A DNA stretch of 64,000 nucleotides from Terrimicrobiaceae bacterium (GTDB taxonomy: Bacteria > Verrucomicrobiota > Verrucomicrobiia > Chthoniobacterales > Terrimicrobiaceae), in NCBI GenBank assembly GCA_044342325.1, contig JBIIPZ010000011.1, positions 1 to 64,000 of the forward strand, given 5' to 3'. The translations under genes and the position numbers were made by a program. Positions 27,027-36,350 of the stretch are shown piece by piece; positions within the stretch are counted from its first letter, which is position 1; each line of letters starts with the position of its first letter. The notes below the pieces were generated by a model. That model made no database searches. It was not told where the DNA came from and saw nothing but the letters and a program-made list of their open reading frames with translations.

Positions 27027-28019
27027 TCAGGAGGTTTGAAGAGCGGTGAGGTCGCCGTCGATCCAGCGCGAGACAGCTGCGGTGATATCATCCGGCGATT
27101 CCATGGGAGCAAATGCCGATGCTTCGGGCAAAATCTCCATGCTCGCGCGTGGAAGATGGCGGCAGAGGTTCACAGCATCACTCGGGTGGAATCCAGCAGC
27201 CCTTGCGGGCCAGAGGATATGCACCGGTGCGAGAACGGATGAAAGGTGGCTGGACACATCAAAGCCGTGGCGTTTTTTGAAGAAATGAAAGATAGCGTGT
27301 TCGGCGCCATATTGTTGCGCACAGTTGACGAGAACGCTGAGGGTTTCGGGGGTTATTTTATCAGGATTGGCAAATCCGTAGGATTCCAGCCATGAGCGTA
27401 TGAATGGCGCTTGGGCGATATGGCGACGGTAGATGAGCTGACTAACCCCAGGGACGCGGCTTCTGCGAACGAGCCCCATAGTGCGACACTTCTTTGAGTC
27501 ACGGAGGTCGGTGGGGAGAAAGAGAACCATTCTGGAGACCAACTCGGGATGTCGTGCGGCGAGAAGAAGCGAAAGATTGGCACTCACGCCGCTGGCAATG
27601 AGAACCGCAGGTCTTTGAGGCACGACTTCTCGCAAAAACTCTGCGAGATACTCCACATGATCGGCGGCATCGACAGGCTTGGAAGGCCGCTCGGATTCTC
27701 CAAATCCGATGAGGTCGGGAGCAATGACTTCATGGTTGATGGCAGCTCTGGAGTAAACTTTCGACCACTCGTAGGAGGATGCTCCCAGAAAAAAACCATG
27801 AAGGAAGACAAGCGGCTCACCAGACCCGCTGACATGATAGACGAGCTCGCCTTGGGAAGTGGAAACGGACCGCGTCGCAAAGATTGCGGGGGAGATTTCA
27901 TCTGGTATGACGCCGCGCGCCGTGCGCTGGCGGTGCTTCAAGGCGAGTGCCAAAGCCCCGAGAACGCCCATTCCGATTCCGAAACCGACAAAGGGGTTTC
28001 TCTTCCAGAGTGGGGACAT
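27027..28019 (-). CDS. Membrane-anchored alpha/beta fold hydrolase-like protein
   Basis: N-terminal hydrophobic segment, PLVFLHGF, APDLIGFGES. Confidence 0.85.
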   Translation of the reverse strand: MSPLWKRNPFVGFGIGMGVLGALALALKHRQRTARGVIPDEISPAIFATRSVSTSQGELVYHVSGSGEPLVFLHGFFLGASSYEWSKVYSRAAINHEVIAPDLIGFGESERPSKPVDAADHVEYLAEFLREVVPQRPAVLIASGVSANLSLLLAARHPELVSRMVLFLPTDLRDSKKCRTMGLVRRSRVPGVSQLIYRRHIAQAPFIRSWLESYGFANPDKITPETLSVLVNCAQQYGAEHAIFHFFKKRHGFDVSSHLSSVLAPVHILWPARAAGFHPSDAVNLCRHLPRASMEILPEASAFAPMESPDDITAAVSRWIDGDLTALQTS

Positions 28020-28078
28020 GGAACCGGAGTAGGTTGCCCGCCCGCGCTGCCGGGAGTGGCAGCGGGCGGACTAGGAAA

Positions 28079-28348
28079 CTACCAACTCGATTTCGTTACG
28101 CCGGGGATGAGACCGGAGGAAGCGAGTTCGCGGAAAGTGATACGAGAAATCTGAAACCGGCGAAGGAACGCGCGGCGGCGTCCGGAGATGCGGCAGCGGT
28201 TGACGAGCCGTGTTGGGCTTGCGTCGCGAGGAAGCTGAGTGAGAGAAGCGTAGTCTTTTTTAGCCTTCAATTCCGCGCGGAGAGCCGCATATTTTTCAAC
28301 TGTTTTCTGTTTGCGCTTATTGCGCTCGAGCCATGCTGTTTTTGCCAT
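28079..28348 (-). CDS. rpsN: 30S ribosomal protein S14 (89 aa, Zn-independent type)
   Basis: [13 protein letters not shown]...[19 protein letters not shown]...[18 protein letters not shown]. Confidence 0.96.
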   Translation of the reverse strand: MAKTAWLERNKRKQKTVEKYAALRAELKAKKDYASLTQLPRDASPTRLVNRCRISGRRRAFLRRFQISRITFRELASSGLIPGVTKSSW

Positions 28349-28519
28349 AAAGGACGCGAAGAATATGATAAGATCGGAGCATTGCAAGTTTTTAAGCGGC
28401 AAATTTGCAAAAAATAAAAAATCGGCATCCAGGGACTTCGCGCATGCATCCGCCACTGGCGATCTCTCAGAAAACGAGGCAGGGCTTGGCAAACGCGTGA
28501 CGGTTGTTAGCCTACCACG

Positions 28520-29158
28520 ATGAAAAACCGCGCACTTTCCGAAGCCACATGGATTCTGGGGGCACTGGCAGCTGGATGGCTGATTTCGCTGGCCCTGCTG
28601 CCAGTGTTGTCGATCCTTTTTGCGGGATTGCTTTTGTTCACATTGTATTTTTTCCGCGACCCGGAGCGCGTGCCTGCGGGGGATGAGAATACGGCGGTGT
28701 CTGCAGCGGATGGAGTTGTCACGACGATTGACGAAGTGGAGGAGGGGGAATTCCTGAAAACCAAAGTGCGCCGCATCGGCATTTTTCTTTCGGTATTTGA
28801 TGTGCATGTGAATCGGACTCCCATCGCTGGCGAAATCACGCACTCGGAGCCGAAGCCCGGCGGGTTTCTTGATGCACGCGATCCGCAGTCCTCGATTCTC
28901 AACCAGAGCCGCTCGTGGGTTATTTCAGGCCCGGCGGGCAAAGTCATGGTCAAGCAGATCACTGGCGCCATCGCGCGGCGCATCTGCCCGTGGGCTGTGG
29001 TCGGCGACAAATTGCAACGCGGCGAGAGATTCGGCATGATTCGTTTCGGGTCGCGAACCGAGATTTTCCTGCCAATGAACGCAGAGGTGTTGGTAAAGAT
29101 CGGCGATCGTGTGCGCGGGGGAGAGACGCCTGTTGCGAGACTCCAAGCGCAAAGCTGA
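28520..29158 (+). CDS. psd: Phosphatidylserine decarboxylase (short type)
   Basis: [33 protein letters not shown]. Confidence 0.92.
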   Translation: MKNRALSEATWILGALAAGWLISLALLPVLSILFAGLLLFTLYFFRDPERVPAGDENTAVSAADGVVTTIDEVEEGEFLKTKVRRIGIFLSVFDVHVNRTPIAGEITHSEPKPGGFLDARDPQSSILNQSRSWVISGPAGKVMVKQITGAIARRICPWAVVGDKLQRGERFGMIRFGSRTEIFLPMNAEVLVKIGDRVRGGETPVARLQAQS

Positions 29159-29167
29159 AGCCATCCC

Positions 29168-29980
29168 ATGCCATCTCCGAACGAGCCTAAAATCTACCTC
29201 TTGCCGAATCTCATGACGGCGGGAAACCTGTTCTGCGGGTTTGCGGCGACATTGCGCATCATCGAGGCGGCGACTCTGGTAGCCAACGGGCACTCGGCCG
29301 GAACTCTCTACCACGAGGCCATTGCCTTCATTTTGGGGGCCTGTGTCTTTGACCTGCTCGATGGACGCCTCGCCCGACTCGGCGGGCATGAAAGCCCATT
29401 CGGACGCGAGTTCGACTCGCTTGCCGACACGATTTCCTTCGGCATCGCTCCCGCGCTTCTTGTTTATCAGATCGTGCTGCGTGATTTTCAGCGGACAGGT
29501 TGGCTCATTGCTTTTTTCTTCCTGCTCTGCGGCACACTGCGCTTGGCGCGCTTCAATTGTGTCGCCGCAGCAAACGCCGATAAACCCGAGAAGGATTTCA
29601 GCGGCTTCCCTATACCAGCCGCGGCAGGCCTCATTGCATCTCTCACCCTTTTCATGCTCTGGCTGCAGGCGGATGATCGCACCATCGGACCGTGGAAAAA
29701 CGCGCTGCCACCCTTGTTGATTTTTCTCTCCTTCATGATGTTCAGCCATGTGAAGTATCCGAGTTTCAAAAGTGTGAACTGGCGCACCCAGCGCTCGATC
29801 CCCGCCTTTCTGGGGCTCATTTTTCTGTTGGCATTCACCGCGATGAATTACCAGTGGATGCCGGCCGTTCTCTTTGTTTCGTTCCTCATTTACGGCTTCG
29901 TGCGTCCATTCATCTCGAAAGCCATTCGCAAGGAAATCGAAGAGGACGGAGCCGACGAACCAGAGACTCCCATCGTTTGA
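29168..29980 (+). CDS. pssA: CDP-diacylglycerol--serine O-phosphatidyltransferase
   Basis: LPNLMTAGNL, DLLDGRLAR, FGREFDSLADTISFG, LRLARFN. Confidence 0.93.
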   Translation: MPSPNEPKIYLLPNLMTAGNLFCGFAATLRIIEAATLVANGHSAGTLYHEAIAFILGACVFDLLDGRLARLGGHESPFGREFDSLADTISFGIAPALLVYQIVLRDFQRTGWLIAFFFLLCGTLRLARFNCVAAANADKPEKDFSGFPIPAAAGLIASLTLFMLWLQADDRTIGPWKNALPPLLIFLSFMMFSHVKYPSFKSVNWRTQRSIPAFLGLIFLLAFTAMNYQWMPAVLFVSFLIYGFVRPFISKAIRKEIEEDGADEPETPIV

Positions 29981-29994
29981 AGTTTTCCTCTCTT

Positions 29995-32397
29995 TTAAGG
30001 AAAGTTTCCCCGCTTGGTCTCGCGGAGATAGGCATCCATCGCAGACCACGCTGCAGCGGCATCCCCCGCTTGGAGAGCGAGGATGCATCGCAACCTCAGG
30101 CCTTCCGGTTGGTTTGATTGAGCCGATTCCGCGACTTCCCGGCGCGCGGTCACAGTGTTTCCCCTGGCGACGAAATAAGCGACACGGGCAGCGAGATCGA
30201 GTGGGGGCTGGTCCGATTGAAGGACCTCCGAAGAGAGGACAGGCAGCGAGAGATCGATCTTGTAGCGAGCCGCTACGGCGGCGATGGCAGCGGAGTATTC
30301 CTTCTGCGCCACCATGCGACGCACACGAACAGGCCAGGCAGCGTCCTCCCAATCCGGATTCGCACGCAGGAACTCCTCCAATTCAGACTTCGCACCGCGA
30401 TTGAACCAGGAAATCAAAAATTCCCTGCGCTGCTCTGGAGTGAGCATTTTTAAAAATGTGGGATCTTTAATGGCGTCCTCCATGCGGGCGTTTGGTGAAC
30501 TCGCCATCCAGACGATCTGCAAGTCTGGCGAAAGAGTCGCATACTGGCCGAGGGCCTCAAAAAGCGGCGGATGCGACCGTGATTGGGAAAGAAGGGTGCG
30601 GTAGTATTCGACAAGATTGGCATATCCCCCGCCCTGCTCGATGCGGGCGTGCTTCTTCAAGGCCTCGCGCCAGAGAGGCGCTGTGCGAGCGGGGTCGTTG
30701 CGGATCCAGAGGATTCCTTGGTCGTAGGGAATCTTGGCGCTGACAGGATTCAGTGCCCGCTCGGCTGCGAAAGCGGCATCGACGACTTGGGGGTCGCCAT
30801 TGCCCGTGATTTCGCTGTAGCCGAGTTCCCTGTAGAGACCGCGCTCCATCGGGCTGAGGCTAAGCTCCGAGTGACCCAGCGCGGCTGCCTCCTGAAAGCG
30901 TCCCTCCGCATTCAGTTTTCGAATTTCCCCCACGACAATCTTGCCCCGGTAGGGCGGGAAGGGATGTTCGTGGAACCACTGGGAGCGGATGAGGATCGAC
31001 CCGCCAGCGAGAAGAACCGCACCGCCGATGCCGAAAACCAAACGCTGCACAAGCCATGCACTACTTTTCTCGGTCTGAGTCGGCGAGGGATTTCCAAACG
31101 CCAACCCTGCCAGCACAAGAACCCACCATCCCAGCTCAATACGGTGAAGGGGGACATCCACAAAACCATGCAACATCGCCGCCAGCGCAGCGGCGACGAC
31201 CCCCCAACGCAAAGGCCAGGAACCACCTTCTCGCAGGCGAAAAATATCCCTGATCAACAAAGCCAGCAGTGCCAGGGCAAAGAGGAGCGCGGGAATTCCC
31301 GCCTCGGCAGCCAACATGAGCCAGTCGCTCTCAGGATGAATCGGCATAGCCTCGTCGATGCTCGCCTGCATATAGAAAGGAAACACATAGCCAAATGTCC
31401 CAAGCCCAGTTCCTGTCAGCGGGTAGTCCCGAATGATATGCAGGGTATCCAGAAAAATTTTGGACCGCAGATCACCCGCGAAAAGCCCCGCTTTGGTGCT
31501 GTCCTCCAAGCCCAAGAATTCCAGAGTGCGATTGCGCGCCTGGCCCTCGGATATTAGAAAAATCCACACCAGCGTGCCGGCGATGGCCAATGACGAAACC
31601 AAGAGTGGAAGCGATCTGTGGGTCCTACCAAGAGCCACCAACCACAATAGAACGCCAATCACTAAAAAAATAACCCCGCCCCGCGAGATGGAGTAGAACA
31701 GGAGCGAATAAACGCACAGCCCCAGCGAACCCACCGCCAAGAGGAAGACGACTGGACGGCGACTGGACCAGGCCTCGCGAATGATCCCCAGTGCCAGCAC
31801 GCTCCCTGTCACCAGCAATGCCGCCGTGTGGTTTCGATTGGGGAAAAAGCCAAATTCCGGCGGCGACCATCCACGCTTGTCGAAAAACGGATACTCCCAA
31901 CCCGTCGTCTTGGCGTAGATGGCAAGAGCGGCATATCCCGCGCAGGCCAGCAAGCCCAGGAGAGCGACATACACCTTCACGCCGGAGCGGACAGGATGCC
32001 CCAGCGAAAACAAGCCTGTGAGCAACGCCCCAAGCAGAAGCGCCATCCAGTAAATCGTCTCACGCGGGGCCAAGCTGATCCACGGCAAGGACGGAAAAGC
32101 CTGATACTGCAACAAGGCAAGCCTCCACTCCGGCGTTGGAAACCAAGACTGCGGCAGCAGGCTTAACGCCGAAGCTCCAAGGATCCCCGCGCAAAGCATC
32201 CAATACCGCAAAGGAACAATGCGGTTCGGCGCGAAGACAATCATGGCCAATCCCGAGCACACGAAAAAAATCCCCGTCGCGCCCTGTCTGGCACTCCCCG
32301 CCAGAAAAACGGCCGCCATCGCTCCCAGCACGAGCAACACCTGAACCAGCGCCGAGCGAAAGGGAGGATAGGGTGTGTTTTTTTGTCCGCTGGCCAT
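29995..32397 (-). CDS. O-antigen ligase family membrane protein with helical C-terminal domain
   Basis: Many TM segments, GFFPNRNHTA, SISRGG, PLTGTGLGTF, HPESDWL. Confidence 0.85.
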   Translation of the reverse strand: MASGQKNTPYPPFRSALVQVLLVLGAMAAVFLAGSARQGATGIFFVCSGLAMIVFAPNRIVPLRYWMLCAGILGASALSLLPQSWFPTPEWRLALLQYQAFPSLPWISLAPRETIYWMALLLGALLTGLFSLGHPVRSGVKVYVALLGLLACAGYAALAIYAKTTGWEYPFFDKRGWSPPEFGFFPNRNHTAALLVTGSVLALGIIREAWSSRRPVVFLLAVGSLGLCVYSLLFYSISRGGVIFLVIGVLLWLVALGRTHRSLPLLVSSLAIAGTLVWIFLISEGQARNRTLEFLGLEDSTKAGLFAGDLRSKIFLDTLHIIRDYPLTGTGLGTFGYVFPFYMQASIDEAMPIHPESDWLMLAAEAGIPALLFALALLALLIRDIFRLREGGSWPLRWGVVAAALAAMLHGFVDVPLHRIELGWWVLVLAGLAFGNPSPTQTEKSSAWLVQRLVFGIGGAVLLAGGSILIRSQWFHEHPFPPYRGKIVVGEIRKLNAEGRFQEAAALGHSELSLSPMERGLYRELGYSEITGNGDPQVVDAAFAAERALNPVSAKIPYDQGILWIRNDPARTAPLWREALKKHARIEQGGGYANLVEYYRTLLSQSRSHPPLFEALGQYATLSPDLQIVWMASSPNARMEDAIKDPTFLKMLTPEQRREFLISWFNRGAKSELEEFLRANPDWEDAAWPVRVRRMVAQKEYSAAIAAVAARYKIDLSLPVLSSEVLQSDQPPLDLAARVAYFVARGNTVTARREVAESAQSNQPEGLRLRCILALQAGDAAAAWSAMDAYLRETKRGNFP

Positions 32398-32467
32398 GAA
32401 ATGCGGTCAGACCGCTGAGTTGCGCATACATCACACCCGCAGGGGCATTTGCTCAAGCGGGAAAAAA

Positions 32468-32532
32468 TGTGAATAACTTGGGAAAAACTCACCCCCTCCC
32501 CACAGGGTTGTTCACATCCTCTTTGTGAATGA
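32468..32532. promoter_or_regulatory. DnaA-box cluster 1
   Basis: TGTGAATAA (32468, perfect), TGGGAAAAA (32479), CTCCCCACA (32496), TTGTTCACA (32508), TGTGAATGA (32524). Confidence 0.65.
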
Positions 32533-32557
32533 ACGGGAAAAAGGTTATCAAGGCGCC

Positions 32558-33880
32558 ATGACATTGAGCGACATCCAGCGATTGCTTGCGGAATTGGAAA
32601 CCCACCCCACCCGCAGCCTTGGTCAGAACTTTCTGCACGACCAGAATCTGGCCCGCTCGACCGTCGCCCTTCTCGACATTCAGCCCGGCGATCACATCGT
32701 GGAAATCGGTCCCGGACTTGGCGCGCTCACGGAGTTTCTCGTGACTCCCGAAACACGCCTCACACTCATCGAAAAAGACAGCCGCCTGATCTCGCATCTG
32801 AAGGCGAAATTCGAGCATGGAACAAACCGGGTGTTCCACGCCGATGCGTTGGAATTCGACCTTCGAGAACTCTGGGGCCACGGCCCGGTGAAGATCATCG
32901 GCAACCTGCCCTACTACATTTCCACACCCCTCATTGCAAAATACGCATCCGCCCTCTCACCCGCATCAGCACTTGTTCTCACGCTCCAGCTCGAGTTGGC
33001 ACAACGACTCGGTGCGGCACACGATACGAGTGATTACGGCGCCATGACACTCTGCACAGGGCGCCGCTGGGATATCCGACTCGAACGCAAACTCCCGGCA
33101 TCCGTTTTCTTTCCAAGGCCCAAAGTGGACTCTGCCGTCATCACCCTCCGCCGCAAGCCGAGAGCGAGGGTCCGCGCTATCGATGATTCGATTTTTGAAA
33201 CCCTCGTGAGACGCGGATTTTCCGAACGCCGCAAGCAACTCCGCAACCTGCTTCCTGAGTTCAAAAACGACTGGGAAAAAATCACAGCCGCACTTGGCAT
33301 GCCGCCCACCGTTCGCGCCGAGCAACTCAGCCCCGCTCAATGGGAGTCCCTCGCCTTCACCGCCGCACCCGCCACCGCCCAGCACGGTAACGAGTGGTTC
33401 GATGTCGTGGATGAGCAGGACCGCGTGCTGCGATCCGAGTTCCGTGATGTCATTCATGTGAATAACTTGCTGCACCGCGCCGTCCACATGCTCCTTTTCA
33501 ACGCCTCCGGAGAGCTTTACCTCCAAAAACGCTCCATCTGGAAAGACCGCAACCCCGGGCTCTGGGACTCCTCCGCCGCCGGACATGTCGATTCCGGCGA
33601 GGACTACCTCACCGCTGCCCGCCGCGAACTCCAAGAAGAACTCGGCATCGAAGCCCCTGCCCTGACTCCCCTCACCCGCCTCACGCCGAATGAATCCAAC
33701 GGCTGGGAATTCATCCAAGCCTACCAAGGCCACCACGAAGGCCCTTTTGAACCGGCACCAATGGAAGTCGAAACCGGTGCCTTCTTCCCAATGGAAAAAA
33801 TCCGCGACTGGGCCCAAAAAAGCCAAACCGACTTCAGCCCAGTCTTTCTCGAAATCCTAAAAACCCTGTCCCCTCGCTGA
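32558..33880 (+). CDS. rsmA: 16S rRNA dimethyltransferase RsmA/KsgA fused to a Nudix hydrolase
   Basis: SLGQNFL, VEIGPGLG, GNLPYYIS, FFPRPKVDS; C-terminal GHVDSGEDYLTAARRELQEELG. Confidence 0.92.
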   Translation: MTLSDIQRLLAELETHPTRSLGQNFLHDQNLARSTVALLDIQPGDHIVEIGPGLGALTEFLVTPETRLTLIEKDSRLISHLKAKFEHGTNRVFHADALEFDLRELWGHGPVKIIGNLPYYISTPLIAKYASALSPASALVLTLQLELAQRLGAAHDTSDYGAMTLCTGRRWDIRLERKLPASVFFPRPKVDSAVITLRRKPRARVRAIDDSIFETLVRRGFSERRKQLRNLLPEFKNDWEKITAALGMPPTVRAEQLSPAQWESLAFTAAPATAQHGNEWFDVVDEQDRVLRSEFRDVIHVNNLLHRAVHMLLFNASGELYLQKRSIWKDRNPGLWDSSAAGHVDSGEDYLTAARRELQEELGIEAPALTPLTRLTPNESNGWEFIQAYQGHHEGPFEPAPMEVETGAFFPMEKIRDWAQKSQTDFSPVFLEILKTLSPR

Positions 33881-33887
33881 ACCCAAA

Positions 33888-33925
33888 CGACCAAAAATTT
33901 GGACGATCGTCCAAATTTTTGGTCG
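33888..33925. repeat. Perfect 38-bp palindrome, copy 1
   Basis: CGACCAAAAATTTGGACGA|TCGTCCAAATTTTTGGTCG. Confidence 0.97.
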
Positions 33926-34076
33926 CTATTTAGAACCAACACAGTTGCGTTTTTTTTCGTTTAAATAGGACTGGAAAAGCAGACCCAGACTAGTTTGCAT
34001 GGTTTTTAGACACACAGCCCGAAACTTTCAGCTGCGCCAGCAGATTTGATTTTTTCACCTTGAGCCCAAAGCGGGT

Positions 34077-34114
34077 GAACCAAAAATTTGGACGATCGTC
34101 CAAATTTTTGGTTC
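34077..34114. repeat. Perfect 38-bp palindrome, copy 2
   Basis: GAACCAAAAATTTGGACGA|TCGTCCAAATTTTTGGTTC. Confidence 0.97.
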
Positions 34115-34144
34115 GCATAATGCGACGGCGGGGATGTGGGGGTT

Positions 34145-35239
34145 TTAGGATCTGGCGGCGAAGCTGAGGGCGTTGCCGAGGCGGGCGCGCCAGGAGAGGG
34201 GGGTGTGGCCGGCGCCGGGGATGCGTTGGATTTGGAATTCGCGGCCTTCGACCAGGCCTTTGGAGCGGAGCGAGGAGGCGAGGAGACTGTGGTAGCCTTC
34301 GTAGCATTCGTCGATCTCCTGGTCGCCGTAGTCGAAGTGCATGCGGAGGTTTCTATCGAGGGTCGGCGTTTCTTCGAGTAGACGCAGGGCGGCGCAGTTG
34401 GACGGCAGGGCTTGTGAGATGTCCTCGAAGGAGGTGGAGAGGCAGGCGAGGCCTCCGAAAATGCCGGGATGGCGCAGTGCCGTGTGAAAGGCATGGAGCG
34501 CGCCGAGCCCCACCCCGCCAAGGATACGGGATGAGGGCGAGGCGATTGTGCGGTAGTGTTGATCCATGTGGGCAACCAGTTCTTGCGCGATGAATCGGGC
34601 ATAGCCCTCGCCTCCAAGCTCAGGGGAGAGTTCGTAATCCCTGAGCGTGATGTCTTCGGGGGAAAACCCCTCGGGATGCCTCACGCCAACAATGATGGAC
34701 TCCGGCATCATGCCCCGACGGGAGAGCATGGAAACCCACTCGTCGGCCGCCAGATCGATGCCTGAGGGCTGGCTGAGGGCGGGATCGAAGATGGCGTCGC
34801 CATCGTGGAGAATGATGAGCGGGAAGCGGTGCCCGGAATCGCGCGAATAGGCAGGGGGCAGCCAGATGAGGAGTTCACGGTCTTGAGCCAGAAGCCGCGA
34901 CCCCATGACATCACGCGTCAGCCTGCCGCTGAAGCGGTCCTTCCAGTCTGCGACCGTGTGTTGAAGCGTGGCGTCGAGCCATACCTCGTGAGAAGAATTG
35001 CCGGGCACATTGCCGTGGGCATCCACCGCCTCGCGCTCCCAGGATCCGCGTGTGATTTTATATTCGAAGTGTGAGCCTGTTGGCGCCTCGATTTCCCCGG
35101 TGTGGAAAGGTGACTGCCACGACAGGCGTAGCGCACGGGCGGGATCCCAGCATCCCAGCGCCTCGCTGCTGCCGGAAATGAAAACGCCCTCGGAGGAACG
35201 GTCGACCGGGGGAACAATGCGAAAGCGAATCCTGCTCAT
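34145..35239 (-). CDS. CBM20 starch-binding domain + esterase-like alpha/beta hydrolase
   Basis: VFISGSSEALGCWDP, FEYKITRGSW, LLIWLPPAY, ILHDG, GAGHTPLSWRAR; start reassigned to ATG 35239. Confidence 0.82.
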   Translation of the reverse strand: MSRIRFRIVPPVDRSSEGVFISGSSEALGCWDPARALRLSWQSPFHTGEIEAPTGSHFEYKITRGSWEREAVDAHGNVPGNSSHEVWLDATLQHTVADWKDRFSGRLTRDVMGSRLLAQDRELLIWLPPAYSRDSGHRFPLIILHDGDAIFDPALSQPSGIDLAADEWVSMLSRRGMMPESIIVGVRHPEGFSPEDITLRDYELSPELGGEGYARFIAQELVAHMDQHYRTIASPSSRILGGVGLGALHAFHTALRHPGIFGGLACLSTSFEDISQALPSNCAALRLLEETPTLDRNLRMHFDYGDQEIDECYEGYHSLLASSLRSKGLVEGREFQIQRIPGAGHTPLSWRARLGNALSFAARS

Positions 35240-35351
35240 AGAAGAAACAATAACCGTCTGCTTGCACATGGCAAAGGGCCTGTTTGATCGAGATTGGAAT
35301 TGATCAAAAAACGCATGGACGCGGGGCATGGATTTGGCCGAGAGTGCTTAG

Positions 35352-36350
35352 ATGTCGAGTTCAGCATCCATCGAAGCGGCTGATGTCGCCGAGACGCCGG
35401 AGATGCCCATCGCCAAGGCGGGCGGCATGCGGAGTTACTACCGCGTGGCGGAAGACGCCGGCACTGTCGTGCGCTGTGAACCCCAGGATGCGCAGATCAT
35501 TGTCTTCAACAGCCCGACCATCGAGGACGAGGCCGATTTGCTGGAATTCTACAATATCGATTACCACACGCTCCACTCGTCCCTGGACCCTGATGAGCTT
35601 TCGCGTCTGGAATTTGAAACCGACCACGCGGCGATCATCTTCAAACGCCCGAAGAGCTTCTCGGCCGATGACAATTTTTTGCTCAAGCTCACCTCGACTG
35701 GTGTGTTCGTCTACGAGGACCGCATCGTGGTGGTCATGCCCGACGATGCCCCGCTTTTCGAGGGCCGCGCCCCGCTGCGGATTTTCTCGGTCCAGGATGT
35801 GATCCTCCGTCTTCTCTACCAAAGCATCAGCCATTTCGAGGGGCACCTGAAGGCTATCAACATGCTCTCCGACTCGCTCGAGCGGCGCATCATCAGCTCG
35901 ATGGAGACGCGGTATTTGCTGAACATGTTCGCGCTGGAAAAAAGCCTCGTTTACATCCTGAACGCGATACACTCGAACGCCGCGCTGTTCGACAAAATGA
36001 AGGCATCCAGCCGCCTCGGGCTTGACCACGAACAGATGCGGATTCTTGAGGACATCATTATTGAAAACCAGCAGTGTCTGCGTCGCTCGGAAATTTACTC
36101 AGAAGTTATCGCCGGCCTCATGGACGCCCGAGCCTCCATCGTGAGCCACAATCTCAACATCCTCATCAAGCAATTCACCATCTGGACGATCGCGATCATG
36201 CTCGCCAACTTGGTAATAGGAATTTTTTCGATGAATGTGAAACTGCCTTTGCCCATGGACGAGGCCATGTGGCCATTTTTTGTCATTAATTTCCTGGCGG
36301 TGGCATCAGGGGTTGCGATTTTCTGGATTTCAAAGATTCGAAAATGGTGA
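35352..36350 (+). CDS. CorA family divalent cation transporter
   Basis: SSLDPDELSRLE, LEKSLVY, ASIVSHNLNILIKQFT, two C-terminal TMs with FSMNV. Confidence 0.88.
   Translation: MSSSASIEAADVAETPEMPIAKAGGMRSYYRVAEDAGTVVRCEPQDAQIIVFNSPTIEDEADLLEFYNIDYHTLHSSLDPDELSRLEFETDHAAIIFKRPKSFSADDNFLLKLTSTGVFVYEDRIVVVMPDDAPLFEGRAPLRIFSVQDVILRLLYQSISHFEGHLKAINMLSDSLERRIISSMETRYLLNMFALEKSLVYILNAIHSNAALFDKMKASSRLGLDHEQMRILEDIIIENQQCLRRSEIYSEVIAGLMDARASIVSHNLNILIKQFTIWTIAIMLANLVIGIFSMNVKLPLPMDEAMWPFFVINFLAVASGVAIFWISKIRKW

Noticed and set aside
28925..30352. 475-aa minus-strand ORF
   Set aside because: Antisense to psd/pssA and out of frame within the ligase gene
33390..33880. Type 1 isopentenyl-diphosphate isomerase
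   Set aside because: The catalytic Cys motif is absent and a full Nudix box is present
33888..34114. Palindrome pair as a CRISPR array
   Set aside because: Only two units, a 151-bp gap, perfect dyad symmetry and no cas genes
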